A stretch of 64,000 nucleotides of DNA from Bispira polyomma (lineage: Eukaryota): assembly GCA_965649765.1 (NCBI GenBank), contig OZ287752.1:26102001-26166000 (forward strand), given 5' to 3'. The position numbers and the translations under genes were made by a program. Shown one piece after another: positions 25,401 to 37,400 of the stretch. Numbering within the stretch: the stretch's first letter is position 1; each line of letters begins with the position of its first letter. Below the pieces are notes generated by a model that did no database searches, had not been told where the DNA came from, and worked only from the letters and a program-made list of their open reading frames with translations.

Positions 25401-28400
25401 ATATGTAGTTTATGGAAATAACCCACAATTGTGATGCAACATTGAGCACCAAATATGCAGGCAGATAATCTTTACCCGAATTCCTTCTTGTGAGAGATAT
25501 ACTGAAACTTGGAGTTGAGTTTGAGTTATTTTGATACTGTTTTGATACTATGGCCAGTTTTGATCAGTGTGTCTTCTGACATTTAACATTAAGAATATAC
25601 CAACCTACAAAAATCTAATAAAAAAATTATTTTTTTTATTCCCATACTAGATTTACAGTGCGATAAATGTGAACCAGGTTACTATGACCTAGATTCCACC
25701 AATGAGGTTGGTTGCTCTCCCTGTAACTGTAACCTTGATGGCTCCCACAATTCCTCATGTGACCTTGAAACCGGTCAGTGCTTCTGTAAGCCAAACATCA
25801 TCGGCCTCTTGTGCGACCGATGTGACAGTAGCTTTTTCGCCCTGAATAATGAGGACTTTATCGAATATGGCTGCAGCCACGCCTGCAATTGTGATGGCAA
25901 CGGAACAATAGGTGGTAGTACAGAATGCGCGGAAATTGGCGGAAACTGCCAATGTCGTCCAAACACCAAGGGCCGGCAATGTGACCAATGCAAGGCGCTG
26001 ACCTATGGTTTCGGCTCGTCAGAAAATAACGGTTGCCGAGCCTGCGACTGCGACACTCGTGGGACGGAGAATGGCGACATCGGCTGTGACTCTACAACGG
26101 GCCAGTGCGAGTGTAAGCTGTACACTACAGAGAGGAGATGTGACACATGTCTGACTGGCTATTATAACGAGACTAAGGAGAATGCCCAGGGTTGTACTTA
26201 CTGTGACTGCTACCCTATAGGGTCAACACAAGATGGGGACTGTGACGAGGTGACTGGGCAGTGTGTGTGTAAAGACAATGAAGGAGACTCGACACTAGGG
26301 GGAAGACAGTGTGTATGTATATAGTTATTATCCACTATGGTATGTACATATATAAGCAAGGAAAATCATAGACCAGGGAACAGTTTTTCTTCATATCCTC
26401 TGCCACCAGTAAAAAATGTATTTGAAAAGTGTAGTATTTCACTGATATTTACAAGGATGTAGTCAGGGTTTTTTGGTGGTTTTTTTTTGGTCGCTATAAT
26501 ATTCAACAGAGAAATCTAACAAAATTCTTTGAAATATATAATACAATAAAACTTTCATTTAATGCCTTCGAATAGTAAACATTTCTCTCTTATGTAATAC
26601 TCAGTACTTTAGTCCATTGAAATTTTACATTATACAGTCCAACCACTTAAGTGGAACTCTGATAAGTCGATTTTCCTGTTATGTTGAAGTAAACCTCTGG
26701 TCCCAGTATGGCATTTTCTTTTAAAATCTACCCTGTTAAGTGGAAGTCCTGCTTAAGTAGAGGTAATTCTTCTGGTCTATTGAGGTTCTACTTAAAGGAG
26801 TTTAACTGCATATGAGCTGAAGGGGACCATGCCTCAAAGTATTTGTTTTGGCTCACTGATCTTACAATGCACACGTGTAGGGTATTCAATTTACATCTAC
26901 AATGCACACATATTCCATGTACAGTACAATGATGAACAATTTTTCCCAGTCCTTTTTTTGCCACCATTAAATTGTACAGTACCTGTGAATAGTAAACATC
27001 TCTTTGTAGCTTTTAAATACACATAACAATTAAAAACTTTTACAGTAACTGTATATACTACCTTTTTACTTATGATCAGTCATATATATAAATATATGTT
27101 ACAGTGAAGCTGTGTAATCACTGATTATGTGTAATTTTTATCAAATACACATAATCTCTGAACTTTAAGTGCCCAAATTTAACAACTTTGCTTAAAGTAG
27201 ATTCAGTAAATAATTTTTTTGTGAAAGAGAAAAATAACTGTTAAATATTTTTCTATTTCTGTTTTTACCAACTTTCTACTATCTCAACAACATCTTACCT
27301 CTTCAAACATGTTTTGGATGTTACAGTTTCCACTGTACGTGTTATATCCTATTTCATATTTTATTTCATTATTCTTTTTAATTTCAGAATGCTTACATCA
27401 CTTCCATTATCCCTAACCGGGGGCCCGAGTCAGGTGGTACAGAGATCACAGTGAGGGGAGGGTACATGGGGAACTCCACTGCTACCATGGTAACCATAGG
27501 AGACATGGACTGTCCTATAGTGGAGGAGAAAAGGTGATATATTTTTTTCAGCAAAAGTGGAGCCAATATTAAAGAAACCAATGTTAATACATTGTGATGT
27601 AACATATATTGTCAAAAAAAATATAATAGTAATATATTAAAAAGTTGAACGATCTACAAAATAATCTGTGCCAGTATTCACAAAAGGGCTGAGTCTAGAA
27701 ATTGTCCTAAATCTAGCACCAAAGTGTACTAGATCTAAGACAATGCCACCACTTAGCCCTGTATTCTTAACTATGGGTCAATGCATTTACATGCAGAGCT
27801 ACTTTATCATACATTACTATCTAATACATGTCACAATTTTAACATTTTTAAAACTGCCTAAAGAAGAGATGTAAAAATTTCCCATCATATTTTTGTGTAA
27901 TACCTGCTAAAATATTGGCATTTAGTGGTCTGAGAATCTCTTTTCAAAAAGGTGACTATAATTAGAGAGGGAGCCTTTATTATGGAAAATACTGTAATAA
28001 AAAAACTATAAAAACGCAGTCACATGATAATGGTTCAGAAATCTGTCATGAGCTTTTTACAACTAATGAAAAAGACCAAAAGTGTGCAGTGAACAGTGCA
28101 CCAGTTGTACGCATACATTATCTTGAGAGTCTATAATCTAATCTAATCAATTCTGTGATGGCGCTTATTCTTCATACTACATGTAGTGGATTCTAAGGCG
28201 TAATAATCAAAATCATCGTTCAGTAGTCTTGTTGTGATGGGCAGAGAGTCATTACCAGAAGCTAATCTCATGCCAGTAAAGTATAATTGATCCGACAGTT
28301 TTGTGTATTTTGCATTTGTTGTGTAGGTCAGCCACCTCAGTGACTTGTATCAGTAGCAGACTAAATGGTACGGACACAGAGTTCCTAGATATACCACAGC

Positions 28401-31400
28401 CAGTGCTGGTCACACTGCCAGATGGACGGGTTATAGACTACAGCTTTGAGTTCACATTTAAACATGACCCAGTCATTCAGACAGTTAAGCCATTGTCTAG
28501 TATACTGAGGTAAGTACATAGGTAATCCATAGTACAGTAGAACCTTTATTATACGATCTTCTATATATTAAACACGACCCAGTCAGTCAGACAGTGAAGC
28601 CACTGTCTATTTTACTGAGGTAAGTTTATGTCATGTAAAGATATCATCTTTGGATACACATTAATATAGACAGCCATTATGAACCTTGTCAGCTAATGGA
28701 TAAATTTTTTGTTGAGCAATTAATTACAATGAAAATTTAAGGGTCTTTATTAGGAGCAAAGGACTGTTTCTAAAGTGGGGGGTAGGGGAGATCTTTTTGA
28801 AAAGAAGTGGAGAGTCTGGAAACAAGTATTCCAGTTTATGTAATCCATAATAATGTAGGACCAAGCCTCCTCTGTCCAGTATACTGAGGTAAGTTAATAT
28901 ACATACAGTAGAACCTCTACTATTCAAACTTCTATTGTCAGAACTTTTGGTTTTAACTACTTTCCAGTCTCCTAAATTTTCGTTTTCCTGTCATTTTATT
29001 CTAAAATACCGGGGCATCTCTTCTTTTTTATGTACCTTCTATTATCCAAACAAAATCTTGGTTTCCAAAGATGTTTGTATAATAGAGGTTCTACTGTACT
29101 TCATACATTTCTCACTCTCAAGTTATACTTACAATGACCTGTATATTTTGTTGTTTGTTTTACAGTGGTGGGATTCCCTTGACAGTAACTGGCATCTTTT
29201 TAGATTCTGTGGCATTTCCTTATTTGGAAATTACCATGGTCTACACCCCAGAGACTGGGCCCATAGAAGAGGCCATGTTTGACACAGTAAGTTTGGTTTA
29301 ATTACATAAAAGACACACACATGGCTATAATAGGACAAAGGGGCATGTACATTGCAATTTTTTGGTTAAGTATTATTTGTAAACAGAGTTTGGAATTGTG
29401 ACTAGTATATTTTAAATGTATCTTCCTTAATTGCAAGCTTTGAAAATAGGAGTTGCTCTTCATAATATGTGGTTTTAATTATTTTCTGTAATGCTAGTAT
29501 ATTTAATTGAGTGGAGTTACGAGAACTTGTGAAATATATATAATTTACTCACTGTCTTAAACTTTTGTCTCAACCAATTTGGTTAGCTGAAAATATTGTT
29601 TTAATAAATTTGATTGGCTGAGACTAAGCAAATTATAAGAATTGTATTCTAAGAATGTTTGTGAACATGGCCCCCTGGTTTTATCACTAGGCAGGTGTTT
29701 GTTTGCTTTTTATGGTCACTATTTGGCAAAAATGCCATCTATTTACTGTAGTGTAAAGGAGCTTTATTGGTGCAGTACTACAACACTCACCTCCCACCTC
29801 TAATGTCCTGGTTCAAAACTCGGCCAGGCTTTAAGTGGGAAAGTTGGCACTTTTACCGATGGTCGCTGGTTTATAGTGTAGAATGTTGACGACCTAGTAT
29901 ACTCTGGTTTTCTCCAGCACTCCAACTGCCCATCGTAATGTGACCTATACAATGTGTTAAAAGCGATGTTAAATCTAAAATTAAAAAACAATACACAATG
30001 TAAACTGACATGGTGTTAGACACAGTTTAATAATTTGGGTAAAAAATTTATAGTCGATTTAGACACGTACAAATATAATTATTATTGCCTTGTAAATATT
30101 AATATAATGAAAATTAAAGTTGTATTTTAATCAACATGTGTTAAAATAGGATTTTGAATTACAGGAGACATTTGATTGATTAAATCAGATGGCCAATATC
30201 GAATTTAAAAGGTTATTGAATCAACAAGAACCAACTGCAGGCTTTGTGCAATTATTAGTATAAGTGTAATACATTATTTTATAACATTGCAGACTAGGTG
30301 TGGCTTTTATCTCAATTCTAACTTAACTTCACAATTAATACTTATGCCTAAAATTCATAATGCAGAACATTTACAAAATATCATAGAGGGTTGTATGCAT
30401 ATGATATATAGGCAGCCAGTGTGCATTATCGTTTCAGATGAATGTGTGCGTATAGACCAGAAAAGCGGCATTTCTACGCAACTCATTATGTTAGAATGTA
30501 AAACATAAGAACATTTTATCAAATAAATACCTATTTATTTTCCAGCTCTGTGCTGTGCAGTCAAACTTCGAAATGATCTGTCCCACCCCAAACATCACCT
30601 TACCTGAGAATTATAGAGCACCTGCAAGGAGGAAGCGTCAGACTGATACAACAGCCAATGAGTTTAAACTTAACAGTGACAGTTTGGAGTTTCTGATAGG
30701 CTTTCGACTGGATGGTGTAACAGACTATTTAGACTTAACCAGTCTCAGACCGGAATACAGTATTTTAACTGTGTATATCAATCCAGAATTTGAATCCTTT
30801 GAAGGAGATGGAATCAAAGTCTACAGACCGTACTGGCCATTTAATGATGACCATATTGCAATCAAGGTGGATTGAGATTTACATATTTTTGTCTGGGTAG
30901 CATGCTAACATTAATACACAATAGACCTTGGTTCGATCCCAGCCTGGCGCAACCCGGTTACAGGCAGAGGCATAGTGACTTGAATGACCACTAATAATTG
31001 CTAGTCCCCTGTCATTGGGTTATACCCCCAATCGCAGATGGTCATAAATGGTCATCCTAAAGCCTCTTTTTGCAATTAAAAGAATGACTGTTGTTTCTGG
31101 TTGACTGTACTTGGGCATTTTAAAAAAGGTGAATTAGTGCTTTAAATACCAGAGAAAGGTAGACGAATGCACTGAATATAAAATGGAATACAATACAATA
31201 CCAAATTATTGTGGGAGTTTAACTTTTAATAAATTTGTATTGTAATGTCATGATAGACATTATATTGGTGGAGAAAAGCGAAACAAAAAGTAGATTTTTT
31301 AAAACACCAGCCTTCACTAATTCTACAGGAACCTTCCCACATACATACTGTGGGTGAGATTAGAACCCACAACTGCAGAGGCTTCACTTCATCATTAATT

Positions 31401-34400
31401 GAAGCTTGCTATTATTTATCCTGTCACAAAATACAATATGTTTCTGTTGTCTAAACCTTTGTTATCTAAATATTTATTTTTAAGAAGATCCACAGATCCA
31501 CAACTTTATAATGGCGTTGTTTTATAAGTACATTAGTGATAATTAAAACACATAAATGTACACATTGTTAAATAGCTAAATCTTGTCCTTTTTAATACAG
31601 GGAGAAAGGCTTAACTACGGGGCTACAATGAGTGACTATAAAGTGACTATTGGAGATGCTGAGTGTACAGGTTTAGAGCTCACAGAGAACAGGATCTACT
31701 GCATCCCTCCAGACTCACAGCCAGGCATGTCAGAGTACGGAGACAAGGACGGGGCACCTGCATTTCTGGTAAATACATTGTACACTAAAGTTGATATATT
31801 GATTTAAACTTGTACTCGCAATGATTGACCCTTGTCTGGTACTTCAATTCTCACATGACACTGCTAGTGCTATATTACATGTAATTTATAAAAGAAGGTT
31901 CCAATATTTAGCTTCATATATGAGAAGGATGTCTTTAAATATTTCCCTATTTAGACCCTTATTCTCAAATTCATACTTGGCTTAAGTACATCCGGAGCTG
32001 TCTTCTCAAATCCAGACAATACTCAATTAGGGCAATGTATAAATTCCTCTATTTGGACAGAACTGATCACTCATTTTAATAATAGTGCTTTCATTGCTAA
32101 ATTCAAATACAGTCAAACCTCTTTAAGTGGAAATCTGATAAGTGGAATTACCTATTAAGTAGAAGTTATTGCAAGGTCCCAGTGCTATATTTCTAATTAA
32201 AATTTACCCTATTGAGTAGACTTTCTGTTAAGTAGAACAAAATGTTTATGGTCCCTTCAGATATAACAGGGTTTCACTGTGTGTAGTTAGATTTCACTTT
32301 ACATCCCTCTAGCCAGAGATAAGGACACCTTATATATAGAGTTCAATCTCAGTATAAGTTTGACTGGAAATTTTTTAGAGAAAATGGCCACTGTTTTTAC
32401 GGAAAGGCAAGCTACCACTCAGTGAACCATAGACTAAACCCCCCAAATGTTTTTTGGGTATTTTTATATTACAGATCAAAGTAGGCAACATCAAACACTT
32501 GGCCGGCTATTTAAAGTACGAGACGTCTTTCTGGGAGAATACAGTATTTCGTTGGAGTGTCGTGGGAGGCCTTATCTTGGTTGTCTTGATCATTGTCATC
32601 ATCATTATTGCCTGCTGTGTGTCCAAACACAGAAAGAATAAGGACAAAAGTACCAAGGAGAAAGAGCACCCCAAAATACTGGATCAGTTTGACCATTTCG
32701 ATCACTTTGACAACCACATTGGTAATGGACTGAACAACGGAAATGTCAACATCGCCATGCAGGAGAACCAGTACGTCACTGACCACTCAACGACGCTTCC
32801 AATGCCACCGAAAGCTGCCAGCAACGCATACACGGCTCCACCTCCATCCAGTTTCCAGCCGACCACTTTACCGATGCCACCTCGTAAGCACGAGTTCACT
32901 GCACCACCACCAGTAGCAGCTAAAAAGCCTCACAGGAGGGAGCAAGGTAAAGCCGGAGTTTTAACAGCTGAAGTTGTGATTTGTCTCCTAGCTTGTTTGT
33001 TAGCAGGTTTACGCAAAAACTTTATTGCGAATATTGAAGTTAAACTATTGTGATTATGTTTATACCATGTTTTCATCAGCTAATCTAAATATAACATGAA
33101 CATGTATTGTATTCTTCTCTAATTTACTAGTTTTAGAGAAATTCAGTGGAATTAATTTCACTATTGGTCATTTTTTGTGTTAAAATATTACTACAAATTA
33201 GAATTTTCACTGAGAATTAATTTTCACTATCTAAGGCCATTAGGCTAAAAATAGCTAAAACTAATTCCTCCTAGTAAACCTTGGGGGTCGCGATGGCCTA
33301 GTGGTTAGCAAATATTGCATTTCACAATTACTGGTCTCTCACCTCTGGGATCGGCTGGCATGGGTTCGACTCCCGACGATACCTATGTGGGAAAGGTGGT
33401 AGTTCCTTACTGTTGACTGCTGGTTTCAGTGCAGAATCTTGATCAACTGTATGCAATGTTTCCTCCAGCATTTCCAACTACCCGTCCCAATATAACCTAA
33501 ACAGGTACTAGAGTGGACGTTAAATATCCCAATTCAAAAAATAATTCCTGGTGAACCTTATACCACTTTAATAGAGCTGTTTCTCCCTTGTACGGTCTTT
33601 ACGCTTTCTGCGTTTAGACATATGTTTTGCACATGTATTACGGGATCAACATTTTTGTAATTAATTTTGAAAATTACTACTTAAACAGAGCTGTTTATCC
33701 TTAGTACTGTCTTCGCTGTTTCTATGTTTAGACATAGTGGACGTTAAATATCCCAATTCAAAAAATAATTCCTGGTGAACCTTATACCACTTTAATAGAG
33801 CTGTTTCTCCCTTGTACGGTCTTTACGCTTTCTGCGTTTAGACATATGTTTTGCACATGTATTACGGGATCAACATTTTTGTAATTAATTTTGAAAATTA
33901 CTACTTAAACAGAGCTGTTTATCCTTAGTACTGTCTTCGCTGTTTCTATGTTTAGACATATGTTTTTCATATTGTATTATAGGGTCAACTTCTTCCTACT
34001 TAAACCCCATGATGACACCGCAGATATTTGAAGTTATTACAGCAGAACTCAAGTACAAAGTAGATCAGGTTTCTGTGGAAGCCAACCGGTTGCAACTGGG
34101 CAAGGTAGTTCAACAAGGTAATGCATATACTGTGTAACCATCAAACTTTGCCACTGTATCTGAAATTTGCCACCTAGATATTGTGTTTTGTTTGGTAGAA
34201 TTGTAGATAACATTTGCTAAAACTGGAATTTTTGTGACTATTTTTGCCTTACTTACCTAAATCCCAGTTCTTTTTCGCCAGTTTTTTTTTTTATTGATTT
34301 TGGCTTAAATGTTAGATGTGGCGTATTTTAGATACAGTGGCAAATTTTAGATTCCTTACTCTATCACATAAAATGTTGTTGGTTCTTTTGCCTACACCTC

Positions 34401-37400
34401 ATATCTTGAATGGCATATAATAAAGAATATCTAGAAAACAAAATTTCAAACTTTGTTAAGTTTGATTCAGTGGATGCATATATAATTTCTGAATACTTGG
34501 CACAGACTCATATTCCCTACCCAAGGCCATGTTAAGGTTATTGTACAATTTGTTATTTCAATAACCAAAGTCATCGCCTTAAATATTTTATAATGTTTGG
34601 CGCATAATATTATTGAATAATATCATATTAGTGGTTGTGTAAAATAGGTGATATGTTAGCAACAGTTGAATTTAAATTTCATTATTGATCACTAAATGAA
34701 TATAAACATAACTATTTATTTTAAATCAATCTATATTTGTTTGTTTATTTCAGGCAAAGTTGGTCAGATCTGCACATGCATGTTTCTGGATAAATACCGT
34801 TCCCAATCCAAGCCTGTGTTAGTGAAAACATTGTCGGGTAAGAATATTATATTGGAGAGAGTAGATTAAAGATCACTAAAATACAGTTCAAACCTATAGT
34901 TAAAACCCAAACTTAACCCTTTGACCCCAAGAGAAATCTATCACCAAGAACTGAAGGATATTTTGGAGGGTAGTTGCTACAGATAGCTGGAGTTACTAAA
35001 ACATACACCACAGACTACTTCCGGCATTCAATAATTGTTTTTTTAACCGAGAAGTCTGCTGTAATATCAATTTCCTATTGCCAGGAACTGAAGGAAAATA
35101 AAACCTGTCGGCAAACAGGTTCTGGGAGTAGGAACTTGCTGACAATCTAGGGATCAAAAGGGCCAACCTCTGTAATATTGCAAATTCTAAGGCACGTTGT
35201 AGTAGATTTAATATAACGGTGCAGCTTTTTTTGTCGTTGTATAAAAAGTAGAACTATTTTTGAGGTTATAAATATAATGTACTACATGCTTCCATAGTAT
35301 TTTAAATAAATAATCGTTACATTTCTAAAGCTTAAAAATATGAATTTTTGCATAGAAACCCAACCCCCCAGTTTTTCTAGGTGGATAACACAACAGACGT
35401 CAGAAATTATCATGGAAATTTTATTGTAATTAGATTCTTTTTCTCAAATTTTTGTGTCTTGATCATTTCAATTAGTTGAAAATTATTATTGTTTCAAAGA
35501 ATCTGATACAATCGAAGTCTTCTTTTTTTTTACAGAAAGTGGAATGGTGCCTCGAGAAATCCAGCACTTTCTAGAAGATTCCATCATGCTGAGAGCACTG
35601 CACCATCGTAATGTGGTGGGATTACTAGGTATTATAGTGGAGAACAACCAAGTCTACTCAATATCACCTAGTATGGAGAATGGGAACCTGAAGACTATGA
35701 TTACTAATGAAGAAAATGTAAGTACACTTTAGTAACCTTAAGAGAGGCAATAGACTCTCTGTTTCTTTTGTTAAACCCTCCAGGAAGGCTGGATCCAAAG
35801 ATTTCTCCATTGCAGCTCCCTTCTGATAGAACAGTCTTCCAGTCAATGATCAGATCATCAGACACACTTATCGGTTTTAGGAAAAAGCTTAAAACCTATC
35901 TTTTTAACCTGGCATTTCCACCGTAGTTTTCCCCCTATACAACCCCTGCATCCTTCTTGTGACCTTGCCATGTCCATGGTTCACACGATTGGATCAGTGA
36001 TTCTGCTATTGTTTTTAAGGAGACGCCTAGCATCAATAAAGACATGTTAAAAATGCATAATAATAATAATAATATGTGCATATTGTTACATTAATTTTAT
36101 GTGAAAATGACTTTTATTCCTTCTACATATTCGCTGAATTTGTTTCAGTGAATAAATGTAACAACTATCTAATAATATGAGGGAATGTATGTATTCCCTG
36201 ATTACACATACTCACTGTAACATATATATAGGATGATTGGATGTGTTAACATAGATAATTACAAAAATTACAGTAGTGAAACCTCTACTTTTTGAATATG
36301 CTTGGTGAGAAAGAGCTTGTTTAGTCCTAAGATAGGACCTTATGTCTTTTCCAGCGGTTAACCGTTGACATGACGTTAGTGTGCAGATACGCAATTTTTC
36401 ACTGAGGTCCCTATTTTAGGGCTAGAGCTTGTTTGGATAATAGATGGTTCATAAAATATAGAAGATGTATTCCTGAATAGAACAATAGCAAAACAAAACA
36501 TTTGGGAGACCGAAAATGGGTTGATAAAATTGAATATTAAGACAATAAAATTTCAGATAATAGAGGTTCTGCTGCCTTGCACTAGTTGATACATGTACAG
36601 TAGAACCTCTATTGTCTGAAGTTCTACCATCTATATCTATATGTATTTGATTTTCCGAATTACCCTATTGATCCCTAGGGGCCGCGGTGGCCTAGTGGCT
36701 AGCAAGCATTGCGCTTCACAATCACTGGTCTCTCACTTCTGGGATCGGCTGGCGTGAGTTTGACTCTCATCGATGCCTATGTGGGAAAGGTGGTAGTTCC
36801 CTACTGTCGGCCGCTGGTTTCAGTGCAAAACCTTGATCAATTGTACGAAAATGCTTTCTCCAGTGTTTCCAACTACCCATCCCGATATAACCTAAACAGG
36901 TGCTAGAGTGGATGTTAAATATCCCAATTCAAAAACATTCAATTCCTATTGATCCCTAGGTTGTTGGCAATCAATCAAAAGCATTGAATTATTTGTTACT
37001 CTCACAACCTATGTCTGTTGGCAAACAGTCCACACCCCAAAAATATTACATTTTTCTTAAGCTCCTCACAATTAGAAAATTGTTAGTACAACAGACACAT
37101 TTGTTCAAAAAAATTGTATGTGATCCTGTTATTGAATGCTGAAAGTATATCTGAAACCTATTCCTGAAAACATTTCCTTCAATTCCTGGCAATAGTTTTC
37201 TCTTGGGGTCAAAAGGGTTAATATAGGCATACAATATGATCTACACCCTCCCCCCCCCCCTCCTCCCTGTGAACTTCTTCTCTGTTTCTTTGTGCTTTAG
37301 AAGATGCCTCGCATCAATAAGGCACATCAAATTGTTGTATAAAATGCATGTACATAATGTACTCATAGAAATGCCCACAATATATTTTTAGTCTGAAATC

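Noticed and set aside
12961-26324. Annotating this as a plain usherin (USH2A), netrin or laminin gene
   Set aside because: No FN3/LamG array, NTR domain or coiled coil follows; the LE repeats splice in phase into IPT-TM-kinase exons, so no gene symbol is assigned.
32947-33053. Read-through of exon 19 giving a kinase-less form with a second hydrophobic stretch
   Set aside because: A good donor (AAG|gtaaag) and an in-phase next exon exist; the extension is most simply intron sequence, with no supporting evidence.
34021-34024. CAG acceptor at 34023 for exon 20
   Set aside because: Out of phase with the exon 19 donor (gives an immediate TGA); the TAG ending at 33982 keeps the frame.
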